Position numbers and translations under genes: made by a program
Notes under the pieces: model-generated
What the model saw: only the letters and a program-made list of their open reading frames with translations
Database searches by the model: none
What the model was told of the DNA's origin: nothing
Shown here: positions 1-9,217 of the stretch, in pieces
Layout: every line of letters begins with the position of its first letter
Position numbering within the stretch: the first letter of the stretch is position 1
Virus record (IMG/VR): IMGVR_UViG_3300025765_000001
DNA: 64,000 bases
DNA from: a virus
Lineage: Duplodnaviria > Heunggongvirae > Uroviricota > Caudoviricetes
Strand: one strand, 5' to 3'

Positions 1-78
1 GGACTCGCCAAGCTATAGAGAGCATGGGGTTTGTAGTCATCAGGGCCAATTCCAATCGCCAGCGACTTGTGTTGGATT

Positions 79-321
79 TTACAAAACAGTGAAGCCCCTA
101 TTTTTCAAGTGGCAAATCGTAGTAGATGGTAAATAGGCCCCGGTAGAATCTGGATTCCAGGCTGTGATTTGCGAATTGGTGAATAGCATCCTCTCTTTTG
201 TTATTACACTATCCACATCGCAAAGGATATAGTCGATCTTCTCTTCTTCTTTGGGAAGTGGATTGCATCCACGATAGGTACTCTTCCTCTTCGCTTTGAT
301 TACACAACTCATGATGAGCAT
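79..321 (-). CDS. hypothetical protein
   Basis: 80-aa ORF overlapping the upstream gene; no recognisable motif. Confidence 0.4.
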   Translation of the reverse strand: MLIMSCVIKAKRKSTYRGCNPLPKEEEKIDYILCDVDSVITKERMLFTNSQITAWNPDSTGAYLPSTTICHLKNRGFTVL

Positions 322-695
322 GTCTCCTTAAATGCATCCTGGTCCTTAGCCAGCTTCTTTGGTTCCGGGTAGTGGTTCACTTCTATACTTGGCTTATCTA
401 GCCCAGATACCGCTGCCGGTGGTATGCTGAAAATTACCGGGTCGCTGGGGTTAGAATATACCCTCTGGCCGTTTGGCAGCACGGTAATGTTCTTGATCCA
501 TGTCTTAACCGTATCGCCGTGATCAGCCACAACGGGGTACGCTCTGGCTGATCCAGGGATATAAAAGCTCCTCGTAAACGAGGCATCACCTGGGCGGCTG
601 ATCTCCACGTAGACCAATCTCCGCATCACATCTTTTGAAGGCCGTATGTATATAGTCCTTTTGACCGACCTTGCTATAGGCATGGCTACTCCCAA
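309..695 (-). CDS. hypothetical protein
   Basis: 128-aa ORF, probable start at MPIARS (~683); beta-rich, no family recognised. Confidence 0.5.
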   Translation of the reverse strand: MGVAMPIARSVKRTIYIRPSKDVMRRLVYVEISRPGDASFTRSFYIPGSARAYPVVADHGDTVKTWIKNITVLPNGQRVYSNPSDPVIFSIPPAAVSGLDKPSIEVNHYPEPKKLAKDQDAFKETCSS

Positions 696-761
696 AATCG
701 TTGAAACTACAAGTATATATCCATGATGGACTCTATTGGACTACATTTTGGGGAGTGACTT

Positions 762-1032
762 ATGCTTAAGGAGAAGGTACGGATACCGCTCCCGAAAGTG
801 GAGCAGGTGTCGAACTACGCCTATAGCCCTGCTATATTGCGGGCCATTTGCCAATACTAGGGATTGCAGGACCAGCAAGAAAGATGGAACCGAATCTGAA
901 GACCTAATTAGAGTTGCGAAGAAGTACGTCCTCCGGGTCAAAGAGGTCCACGACATGAGTTTGGATCGTTTGGAAAAATTCCTAGACGAAGGCAAGCCTG
1001 TAACGGTGCTTCGCTGGCTTCTTCGAGAATAG
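762..1032 (+). pseudogene. C39-like cysteine peptidase remnant
   Basis: MLKEKVRIPLPKVEQVSNYAYSPAILRAICQY* (Q..Y.CG.A.L pattern with the Cys lost, TAG at 858), continuing in another frame as CRTSKKDGT...MSLDRLEKFLDEGKPV. Confidence 0.6.
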
Positions 1033-1719
1033 GGAAGGCGTCTATGTTTCCCTCTCAATCGACGGTACCTACAAATGGCGACACCATGTTGCCGGACACG
1101 ACTATCTCGTTCCTTTGGGACTCGTCAAGTTTGTCACCAACGAAACCGATATGGTCTACAAAGACGAGCGGGTGGATTTCAACGATGATTTCGTAATCGC
1201 CAACAACATCGAGCCAATGAGAGTAAAGGTGTTCTCATGAATGTGACACAAGTAACGGCTGCGAGCTACGCCGAGTGCGGTGGGAGTGGTTACGGCATCT
1301 ATGAGAAACCTGGTCCTAATCCATGTGCGAGATGTAACCCATGACAGAAAAGCCAGCAGGCAGGTAGAACGAGAGGATTTCTTCTCTACAATCCTTTCAC
1401 AGAACGTTACTTTTTCAGAATTTACGACCCTGAAGACAAGCGTAAGTTCAAAGACTACCGCATTGGTGCGGAGAACATCGAGGTAGAAATTCTGCTGATA
1501 TTTTACAACGAAAGCATGTTATCCGTCTCGACTGGTCTAGCCAAGTCCTCGGAAAGAAGAAATAAATGTTGCCAATCGAAAACCCGATGGTTGCCTGTCT
1601 TAGCAACCATCTAGCTATTTGGATGAACCGGGCAATGACTGCCGAGTGTGACTTGGACCGCTATAAGCAGCACCATCCATGCATCAACCCAGATTGCCCG
1701 ATGTGTAAAGGAAACCCAG

Positions 1720-2302
1720 ATGATACACATGACGGGGCCGAGAAACCCCTTTCCTCCTGAGTCGCCAATACACACTCGCATTAACACCACATCTCGGTCT
1801 CGTGATTAGTGTCAAGGACTCAGCCCATTCTTTCTGGGGCCAGTCGATCTCTATAGTTACTACACCGCTCAAAATGTAGAGAACGGATGGCAATACACCA
1901 AGGTCTACCCCGAATATGTTGATGAAAAAGGGGAACCGTCCGAAGACTACTTCACCTGGGCTATTCACGGCTGGAACCTGAAACGAGCCATGCGATACCC
2001 TATAGGAAAGGATAAAAAGCCTCCCTATTCCTGGTGGAACGGCCAAAAGCTCCCTTATGTCGAGCCAGAAAGAAGATATACGCCCCGCTCTATGCCAAGG
2101 CCGTAGAAGGAACAAAGGCGTACAAAAAACTGTTTATGAAAAGTGGGGCGAACTTTGGTTGTGGGATTTCGATTCCTACGACTACATCAAGCTAGGAATG
2201 ACCTTGCAAGATGTCATCAACTGTGAGACAAGGAAGTGCGGTCACGGCTTTATACTAGCCATGATGTTGCAAAATCAAAGGGTATGGGAATGCACGACCT
2301 AA
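1720..2302 (+). pseudogene. DUF6939-like protein, disrupted
   Basis: INTTSRSRD*CQGLSPFFLGPV..NVENGWQYTKVY..RYPIGK..KLPYVE/ARKKIYAPLYAKAV..DFD..GHGFILAMML; TAG at 1807 plus frameshifts. Confidence 0.7.
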
Positions 2303-2790
2303 TTCTAGAATTCGACGGAGGTTGCGAGCCTGTCAACCCTGGCGGTTTGGCTATAGGCTCCTTCTTACTCCGTTCTCCAGATGGCAAGATCATCGAAAGC
2401 GGAGCTACCTTAGCAGCCAGTTATTCTCCCCAGGCTACAAACAACACAGCCGAGTTCACCGGCCTGCTCCTTGGTCTGGAAACTGTGGTGGAGCGTAGTT
2501 GGCCTCAGCATCTAAAGATCACCGGAGACTCAGAAGTGGTCATTAGGTGGTTCCTCCAGAGACGGTGTGTAATCAAGCCTAATCCGAAAGCACCGCATCT
2601 TGAGCCAATCAAATTGAAAATCAGAGATATCCTGCTGGCTGATGACCGTCAGTGGACTGCCGAGCATGTGTTAAGAGAATACAACTCCGATGCCGATAGA
2701 ATCGGGCGTGAGTATATGGAAACATTAGAACCGTTCGATGCTGGCAAGCTGTGGCCCGATCACTGGTGGAACCATAGAGGTAAGAAATGA
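2290..2790 (+). CDS. rnhA: ribonuclease HI
   Basis: FDGGC..NPG, TNNTAEF.GL, GDSE, HVLREYNSDADR RNase H motifs. Confidence 0.85.
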   Translation: MHDLILEFDGGCEPVNPGGLAIGSFLLRSPDGKIIESGATLAASYSPQATNNTAEFTGLLLGLETVVERSWPQHLKITGDSEVVIRWFLQRRCVIKPNPKAPHLEPIKLKIRDILLADDRQWTAEHVLREYNSDADRIGREYMETLEPFDAGKLWPDHWWNHRGKK

Positions 2791-3083
2791 GAATTTGCTA
2801 CCACGGAACGAGCGAGGAAAACGCTCGAAGCATCCTCTGTCAAGGTTTTCGTGATGGCACTTGGTTTGCCGCCAATCTACAAGACGCAATCGGCTTTGGT
2901 GGACTTCACGTTTTTCAAGTCGTATTCGATTTCGATGAACCTCCAAATTGGCAATTCACATCACCGCCAGTAGCCCTTGACCGCATCGTTCGCTATACTA
3001 TCTACCAGCAAGAAGTCCTACTTGAAAACGAGGAACTGAGAAAGCGTATTTTTGAACATAACTTTAACCGAAACCAGCTATGA
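2787..3083 (+). CDS. small ADP-ribosyltransferase-fold-like protein
   Basis: YHGTS..NA.SI...GF..G.WFA.....A..FG pattern. Confidence 0.5.
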   Translation: MRICYHGTSEENARSILCQGFRDGTWFAANLQDAIGFGGLHVFQVVFDFDEPPNWQFTSPPVALDRIVRYTIYQQEVLLENEELRKRIFEHNFNRNQL

Positions 3084-3427
3084 CTCATACCAGCACTCGC
3101 CTGTTGTTAAACAACAACACCGCCAACCCGATCACCCTGCAAATCATGTGGGTCGCTGACGAGGATAGCCACGGTTGGAAGGGCCAGTGTACCGTTTGGA
3201 AGGATCGCAAGGACAAAATTGCAGAGGGGCACATAGTTTCACTTCGCCAGGGTCAACCTCTCGGCTCGATCAGCGTCAACCTAGACGAATGCAAGGGCGG
3301 GGCCTGGGTTTTCCACTCGTTTGAAGGCACTGGAATCACCGAGCGAGACCTGCAATGGGCAACCGCCTGGGCTGCCATCGCCATCCGAGACAAGCGGTTG
3401 CATATGCAGGAAGAGAAGCTGTATTGA
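3080..3427 (+). CDS. hypothetical protein
   Basis: 115-aa ORF with ATGA coupling to the upstream gene. Confidence 0.6.
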   Translation: MTHTSTRLLLNNNTANPITLQIMWVADEDSHGWKGQCTVWKDRKDKIAEGHIVSLRQGQPLGSISVNLDECKGGAWVFHSFEGTGITERDLQWATAWAAIAIRDKRLHMQEEKLY

Positions 3428-3546
3428 CACCCGACTTTTCTGGACTACAATGAGCGTGGTGTTGAAGGTCAAAATCAAACGGCACCGTCGCAGTGCCGGG
3501 CCAAAGATTGAAGAAAGCGAGTGCTTCGGCAAACCTTGCCTCAGAG

Positions 3547-3900
3547 ATGAGGGCAGCGGCACAAGCTCACATTTTTAGGCCGTCAGCAACGCTTCAGAAA
3601 TGCCATAAGGACTGCGAACGAGATGTGGAGATTGAGGGACGCCCTCTGCGTTTCATCTTCACATACAACGTCCTTACGCCTGAATCCCACGGCTTCACAG
3701 CCGAGTTCTGGCACCTTTCTGTCTCCGATCACCGCCGCATTCCCATTGAATGGAAACTCCTTAAGCGTATCCTAGCTGCGTTCTTCGACTCGGAAAGCCT
3801 GTGGAAAGGGGTTACGTTCCTGGTATCGCCCTGCATTTCTCACAGATCGTCAAGCTCACCAAGTGAGTTTTGTGCTTTACAGCAAGCACGAGGAGACTAG
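3547..3900 (+). CDS. hypothetical protein (WHLSVS motif)
   Basis: ORF carrying the phage-typical WHLSVS..R.P.W motif; start uncertain. Confidence 0.5.
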   Translation: MRAAAQAHIFRPSATLQKCHKDCERDVEIEGRPLRFIFTYNVLTPESHGFTAEFWHLSVSDHRRIPIEWKLLKRILAAFFDSESLWKGVTFLVSPCISHRSSSSPSEFCALQQARGD

Positions 3901-3943
3901 AATGATGGTGTGAACTCGACTCTTTTGAGAAAGAGGCACCGTC

Positions 3944-4258
3944 ATGATCTATTTTGTACACAGCGGGCGAGAATCGCTCTGTCGTGACGAGAATCTAGCC
4001 CTCTACTACTGGCTGCTCGCCCGCTGCCCTTCCACTGTTGCCACACTTCCGCAAAACGAATCCCCTGTCGAGGTCAAGAAGGCCCCCAAAGGGATGCCGC
4101 AACCTGGGCAGGTAGTCCCGCTGGCTCTCGCTGCGTGTGAGCGAGAATTCGGCAAGACCCCAACCTTTGACGCTACCAAGGATGTCAACGGCCAATGCCG
4201 GGACATCTTGGAGTGGTTAAAAACCCACGGAGACATTACGCAGTTGGAGGAGCGGTAA
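3944..4258 (+). CDS. hypothetical protein
   Basis: 104-aa ORF with GAGG RBS and TAATG coupling to the next gene. Confidence 0.6.
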   Translation: MIYFVHSGRESLCRDENLALYYWLLARCPSTVATLPQNESPVEVKKAPKGMPQPGQVVPLALAACEREFGKTPTFDATKDVNGQCRDILEWLKTHGDITQLEER

Positions 4259-4568
4259 TGGACGAGTTGCTGGCTGTGAATACCAGCCCGATGGACCAAA
4301 CCGTGTTAAAAGCCCTATCAACCGACTATAAAGGAACGCCGTTCGGCTCTCTGGTGCCTTACGCCGTTGACGCCGAAGAGCGGCCCTACATCTTCGTGAG
4401 CGACATCACAAACAAGGAACGGGAGGAACTGCATAAGCCAAGACCTTCAGCGATTTCGGCGACTTCCATTTCTTCAGACTAGAGATCGAGCGAATTCACT
4501 ATATCGGCGGGTTCGGAGAAATCCATTGGATAGATGTCAAAAACTACACCAAGGAATGGAAGCAGTAA
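4258..4568 (+). pseudogene. HugZ/pyridoxamine-oxidase-like remnant
   Basis: LST...G.PFGSLVPYA.D....P.IF.SD, then in another frame DF.FFRLEIERIHYIGGFGEIHWI; middle part missing. Confidence 0.7.
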
Positions 4569-4591
4569 ACTCAGCCCCGCCTCTGGCGGGG

Positions 4592-5383
4592 CTACATTTT
4601 TAGGCTACTTCGTTTGGGCAGTAGTTCGTCAATCGAATTGTATATGCTCGATCCATTCCATTCCAAAATGTTGCGATCTTCCCTATCTAGCCAAACCCGG
4701 CCTTCATCGTTGGTGTGAACTCTACAGATAAACTTGCCAAGCATCCTCATTGGGACCAAAAAGAAGTGGCGATATAACAATAGAGCCTCATCAGGCGTGT
4801 TTGTCCGTCTATTACACAGCCCACGTTTATACAAACCATTAGGCACATCGAAACTTCTACTAAACACACCGAACGTAGTCAAAAACGCTGTTGTCAAAAT
4901 TACTTCCGGCCAGGGCGTAAACGGCTTGTTGGTTTCCAAATGCTCCTTAGCCCACTCAAGAGCCTGGACCATCCGCCATTTAGCAGTTCCAAACAGATGA
5001 TCGCTCATGTGCAATGGGTATTCCTTGCGGAAATATACGTTGCCGCAACATACCTTATCTGGATGTTCTCTCATGGCGTCTATAAAACAACTGAGATCGC
5101 TATATGACTCGTCCGACCGAACCTTGATACACATCTCGCCAGTGCTGCACAGCAGGCCATTCAATGTAGAAATAGTTTGAAGATGTATGTTGGACCGGCT
5201 TATCATCGGTCGTCTTGGATATGGGCTGACCACCAATTTGATGTCGCCCGGCAATGAATTTAGTAGTTCTGGACTATCGTTTTCCCAGCACGAAACAATT
5301 ACCTCGCCGAACTTTTTGTAGAATGGAATTGTTCCTATGGTAAGCGGGTGTAGTGGCCCTTGTATGATAATAGATGTATCCAT
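4592..5383 (-). CDS. WavE-like lipopolysaccharide/glycan synthesis protein
   Basis: SIIIQGP, EVIVSCW, N..LQ..STLNGL, IKVRSD, HMSDHLFG. Confidence 0.7.
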   Translation of the reverse strand: MDTSIIIQGPLHPLTIGTIPFYKKFGEVIVSCWENDSPELLNSLPGDIKLVVSPYPRRPMISRSNIHLQTISTLNGLLCSTGEMCIKVRSDESYSDLSCFIDAMREHPDKVCCGNVYFRKEYPLHMSDHLFGTAKWRMVQALEWAKEHLETNKPFTPWPEVILTTAFLTTFGVFSRSFDVPNGLYKRGLCNRRTNTPDEALLLYRHFFLVPMRMLGKFICRVHTNDEGRVWLDREDRNILEWNGSSIYNSIDELLPKRSSLKM

Positions 5384-5392
5384 AGCTACGCA

Positions 5393-6088
5393 TCACAGAA
5401 CTACCAAGTCATCGTTGGTTATGTAAATCAGATTGCATCCTTTACCGGCTGGAACTACTAACTTGCATCTCCCCTTTCCCCGGTTATCTACCGTCGTCAT
5501 CACTTGATGTATGATCCTCATACTAAAGCTGTGAGCGTCGTGTATGAACAACGTAAATTTGCTATCTAGGTAAGGGAATGTTGCCTCGAAGTCCTCTACC
5601 AAACTCTTGTCATCATGCATGGCGTCTATAAACACCACATCTAGTTTGTCTGTTGAGAGGTCATACGTCCTGCCAAGACGATCACTGGTATGTTGTGGGC
5701 TACACCCTACCTCCGCTCGGACAACGCCGCTTAGCCTAAAACGCTTGATTAGCTTCAAAAATCGCTTGTAGCCGACGCTCTTGGGGAACGATTCAACCTC
5801 GTAGTATAGTTCGCCACTGTTCTCCTCCACATATGCGTCCATAGTCACAAGTCGCCCGCCGTTATCCTTGAGAGCCAGCCCCATAGCTAATGCTGATATT
5901 CCACAACCAGTAGCCAAGTCGTATCCAGCCTTGTAACCCATCTGTTTGATATGGCTAAAAACAAAGTTAAACTCGTCATTGGATATAGACCAAGGATATT
6001 TGTGGTCTGTGAATTTGAGGTTGTTAATTTCTGGATCAGCAACCTCATAGATACCGGATTTTACCAATTCCTTGTAAACTGGATTCAC
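5393..6088 (-). CDS. class I SAM-dependent methyltransferase (Methyltransf_24-like)
   Basis: DLATGCGISA, DVVFIDAMH, HD motifs; GTG start overlaps the upstream stop. Confidence 0.75.
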   Translation of the reverse strand: MNPVYKELVKSGIYEVADPEINNLKFTDHKYPWSISNDEFNFVFSHIKQMGYKAGYDLATGCGISALAMGLALKDNGGRLVTMDAYVEENSGELYYEVESFPKSVGYKRFLKLIKRFRLSGVVRAEVGCSPQHTSDRLGRTYDLSTDKLDVVFIDAMHDDKSLVEDFEATFPYLDSKFTLFIHDAHSFSMRIIHQVMTTVDNRGKGRCKLVVPAGKGCNLIYITNDDLVVL

Positions 6089-7452
6089 TTGTGGTTCCTC
6101 AAGTAGTGTTCTAGGTCTTCCGGGGTGCCCAGCCCCCACATCTCTCTGATTTGGTAGTGTCTAATTTTCTTGCCATCGGATATAGCCTCGTTGTACACCG
6201 GGGCGACGTAGAACTCGTTATTGGTCCTGACATCTTTTTCTATCATTTGTTCAGCGTACTTGACGTAATCAGAACCTTTGTTCCAATAGTATATTCCTAC
6301 ATTTGCTATGTTTGAGATAGGTATCTTCTCTGCTACCTGACACACAAATCCGTTGTCGTCTAGTTTTACATAGCTCCATTTGGGATGTGTGGCATTGAAA
6401 GTCAATATACCGCCGTCTATATCAGAGGCACACATGGAATACATGAATTCGCTGCTATCCCAATCGATAAATTGATCTGAATTAGCTATTAGCAGGTGGT
6501 GGTCGCTGTCTATCAAGTGCTTAGCTAGTAACGTCGTACAAGCCGCACCCTCTGTCAAACCCTGAGTGCAGACGACTTCGCAGCCTGGGCGAATCAGATT
6601 CAACATTTGTTTGAGGTTGTACTGATCGTAATGCTCCTGCTGCACGATGAAAATAAATTTGCCCTCCAGCCCCAGATTCTCAACCACCAGTTGAATCATC
6701 GGTTTGCCAAGCACGTCGATTAGAGGCTTGGGGAACGTATAACCAGCCGCTTGAAATCTCTTTCCGGCCCCGGCCATAGGAATTAGCACATTGAGCTTAT
6801 CGCTTCTCCACTTCTGTCTATTGGAATCTACGCTGATTATCTGTTGCATAATGTTCTCGTAAGTAACCTCATCCATCCGCTCTATGCCGAACAAGTGTGC
6901 CCCCGCCTCCAGTGCAGCCTTGCGGCCCTGGGAAGAGTCCTCTACCACGAGGCACTCTTTTGGGTTCACGCCAGCATGTACCATGCAACGAAGATAAATC
7001 TCAGAATGAGGTTTAGGGTGAACGACATCTTCGTTGGAGATGAAATAGTCTACGTACTCAATCAACCCGGTACGGATCAGCATCAGCTTCATCGTCTCTC
7101 TAATCGAATTGCTAGCTACGTAAATTCGGTACTTCTTCCTCAGAGCTTTCAATACATCGCAGAGGCGATGATCGATCTTCAGTGACGAGTTGATGACCTC
7201 GATGGTGTGGTCTTGCTTGTCATGCCAGATTTGGTCGTAAGTTTCGGCTGGAAGACCCTTATTACTCGTGAGGAGTTGCAGTTTCTTGCGTGTCGGGAGG
7301 CCGTCGTAGATGAAGAAATGCTCGTTACGCTGTATAACAAAGCGAGAACCATGTTTCTCTAACGCCTTGTTCAGAGCTTGGTAGTGTATCTCTTTGGCAT
7401 CGACCAGCACGCCGTCTAGATCAAAGATGATGAGCTTAATAGGCTTGTCCAT
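6085..7452 (-). CDS. HAD phosphatase fused to sugar-phosphate nucleotidyltransferase
   Basis: FDLDGVLVD, KP, VVEDS HAD motifs; C-terminal IPMAGAGKRF..PKPLI nucleotidyltransferase domain. Confidence 0.9.
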   Translation of the reverse strand: MDKPIKLIIFDLDGVLVDAKEIHYQALNKALEKHGSRFVIQRNEHFFIYDGLPTRKKLQLLTSNKGLPAETYDQIWHDKQDHTIEVINSSLKIDHRLCDVLKALRKKYRIYVASNSIRETMKLMLIRTGLIEYVDYFISNEDVVHPKPHSEIYLRCMVHAGVNPKECLVVEDSSQGRKAALEAGAHLFGIERMDEVTYENIMQQIISVDSNRQKWRSDKLNVLIPMAGAGKRFQAAGYTFPKPLIDVLGKPMIQLVVENLGLEGKFIFIVQQEHYDQYNLKQMLNLIRPGCEVVCTQGLTEGAACTTLLAKHLIDSDHHLLIANSDQFIDWDSSEFMYSMCASDIDGGILTFNATHPKWSYVKLDDNGFVCQVAEKIPISNIANVGIYYWNKGSDYVKYAEQMIEKDVRTNNEFYVAPVYNEAISDGKKIRHYQIREMWGLGTPEDLEHYLRNHK

Positions 7453-7469
7453 GCCATATGTATGGCTGG

Positions 7470-7506
7470 AAAAACAAAACGCCGGGCCTTTTCAGGCCCG
7501 GCGTTT
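7470..7506 (-). terminator. intrinsic terminator after the RNase P RNA
   Basis: AAACGCCGGGCC-TGAAAA-GGCCCGGCGTTT hairpin followed by a T-rich run on the minus strand. Confidence 0.8.
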
Positions 7507-7771
7507 GGTTCGAGTAAGCGGGATTCTGGTTTATGCCTACATTTATCTCACAGGCACTTGTCACCTGTGGGCAGTCTATTACGACACGCCTGCACCTACC
7601 AGACCTTCACAGCCCTGCTCACCGGCTCCAGTCTATTTGGCTTGCATCCTCCGTGGTGCAGACGACCCTCGCTGGCGTACCAGCTACTCGGTCTCCCACG
7701 TTAAGCAGTGATGTCCCGACTTTCCTCTACCACGGTTGGCGATCCCGCAGCAGCGTAGGCTCCGAACCAAA
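7504..7771 (-). ncRNA. rnpB: RNase P RNA (type A-like catalytic domain, reduced S-domain)
   Basis: Minus strand has GAGGAAAGTCGGGA ... CAGAATCCCGCTTA (P4 with bulged U), P1 TTTGGTTCGGAG/CTCGAACCAAA, P2 GCCTAC/GTAGGC, GCAAGCCAAATAG, L15 GGTA and AGATAAATG; own promoter and terminator. Confidence 0.9.
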
Positions 7772-7775
7772 GTCC

Positions 7776-7803
7776 ATTATAGAAGTCCGCATCATTTCGT
7801 CAA
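7776..7803 (-). promoter_or_regulatory. sigma70-type promoter for the RNase P RNA
   Basis: TTGACG-16 nt-TATAAT on the minus strand; the -35 box lies inside a 12-bp inverted repeat. Confidence 0.75.
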
Positions 7804-7827
7804 TGATGCGGACTAGGTGCGTACTTG

Positions 7828-8550
7828 TCAGTTTCTTTCTTCTGATTCCGGCTTCGGCTTCTTGATCTCTACCACGTCGGCGGCAACATTCCTGAACACA
7901 TGCTTCGACATCTGCTCGAAAAGATCGCCGAGCCAAGCGTAGATGCGGTTCCACAGATCGTAAAGTAGATCGCCGAGCAAATACCAGAACAGCGACCAGG
8001 GCCAGAACGCCATCCAGGTGATAATCTTGGTCTTGTTCTCCCATGCTCTGGGCCGCACGGTAAGAACCCTGTCATTGATGTCCTTGGAGAGTTTGGCATC
8101 CCACCTGTGAACCGGGACAAACGGCTTTTTTGGACGGGACCATTCATCGCTGTTGAGCAGGTAGAGTGTCCACTTCTTCTTCAATTCTTCGGGGATTTCC
8201 TTAGCATCTAGCAAGCCCTCCTCCCGAAGCCAAGCTAACTTGGCATCTTCGTACTTCCGACGCCGCTTGTGCAGGAAGACAAACCATTTGATAAAGCCCC
8301 ATGTGATGCCCAGGCCGATGAATCCACCTGCGTAGGGTACGATCATGTAGGGCCGCTCAATGAGCGTTTTGACGAGGCCAGTGTCACCAAGAAACACGCA
8401 GGCTGCCAGGAAAGCGAGGACCGAGAATCCGGCCCAATACCATCTGTTTTCTTCAATGGCCCAGATGATACAACTGCTCACCACTAGAAAGAGTAGCCAG
8501 AAGAGAGGACTGCCCAGGGTGAAGAGTACAATGAGAGGTTCGATGGTCAT
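7828..8550 (-). CDS. membrane protein
   Basis: Several hydrophobic segments; W..FWPWS motif. Confidence 0.75.
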   Translation of the reverse strand: MTIEPLIVLFTLGSPLFWLLFLVVSSCIIWAIEENRWYWAGFSVLAFLAACVFLGDTGLVKTLIERPYMIVPYAGGFIGLGITWGFIKWFVFLHKRRRKYEDAKLAWLREEGLLDAKEIPEELKKKWTLYLLNSDEWSRPKKPFVPVHRWDAKLSKDINDRVLTVRPRAWENKTKIITWMAFWPWSLFWYLLGDLLYDLWNRIYAWLGDLFEQMSKHVFRNVAADVVEIKKPKPESEERN

Positions 8551-8798
8551 GGTTCTAATTCTTCATTGAGCAGATAGTTGAGGATATCTTGTACGCTTAC
8601 AAAGCATTCCTCTTCCGCCTTAGTTATGTTGAGTTTCTTGACATGCTCGAATTTCCTTTCGAGCCGGAAAGACAGGTCGGTGAGATCGAGTGAGTCTGCC
8701 CCCAGGTCTTCCTTGAACCTATCCGTGTTCTTGATGTTCCTCCAATCAACTTGAAAGCATTCCCCAATGACTTCCTTAACTCGTTGTTCGAGAGCCAT
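8547..8798 (-). CDS. acpP: acyl carrier protein
   Basis: F.EDLGADSLD phosphopantetheine attachment motif, 83 aa, GGAGG RBS. Confidence 0.9.
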   Translation of the reverse strand: MALEQRVKEVIGECFQVDWRNIKNTDRFKEDLGADSLDLTDLSFRLERKFEHVKKLNITKAEEECFVSVQDILNYLLNEELEP

Positions 8799-8873
8799 CA
8801 GTTCGGTTCCTCCATAGAAAACTGAAGTTGCACAATGGTATCGAAATTTGAATTAAATGTAAAGAGCAACACC

Positions 8874-8909
8874 AAAAAGAAACCCACGGTAAAGATACCG
8901 TGGGTTTCT
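8874..8909 (-). terminator. intrinsic terminator after the tRNA
   Basis: AGAAACCCACGGTA/TACCGTGGGTTTCT hairpin plus a T-run on the minus strand. Confidence 0.75.
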
Positions 8910-8913
8910 AAAG

Positions 8914-8996
8914 TGCCCTTGGCAGGACTCGAACCTGCACGCCTTACGGTACATGGTCCTAAGCCATGCGTGTCTGCCTGATTCCACCACAAGGGC
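8914..8996 (-). tRNA. tRNA-Leu(UAG)
   Basis: GCCCTTG/CAAGGGC acceptor stem, CATGG-CTTAGGA-CCATG anticodon arm, long variable arm, GCAGGTTCGAGTCCTGC T-arm; CCA not encoded. Confidence 0.95.
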
Positions 8997-9153
8997 ATTA
9001 AGGCCAGTTTTCTTTAGCCCTTTTCGATCCGGAGATCGTTGCACCACCGCCTTAGCTCTCCTGGCCTTATCCCCGCATTGTGTTTATACAGCATTGGGGT
9101 TGTTCTACTGTGTTTAGTCGAGCATGTTGGTGATGTTGGACTGCTACTCCTAT

Positions 9154-9182
9154 ATAGTACGATGTCACGCAAAATTCGTCAA
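9154..9182 (-). promoter_or_regulatory. sigma70-type promoter for the tRNA transcript
   Basis: TTGACG-17 nt-TACTAT on the minus strand. Confidence 0.7.
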
Positions 9183-9217
9183 TAGCATTTACTTGGCTGC
9201 CCTGGTAAAATGCTAAC

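Noticed and set aside
7394-7865. Overlapping plus-strand ORFs of 80-110 aa
   Set aside because: They lie antisense to the RNase P RNA and have no protein-like features
8798-9047. 66-aa and 64-aa minus-strand ORFs
   Set aside because: They overlap tRNA-Leu and its terminator
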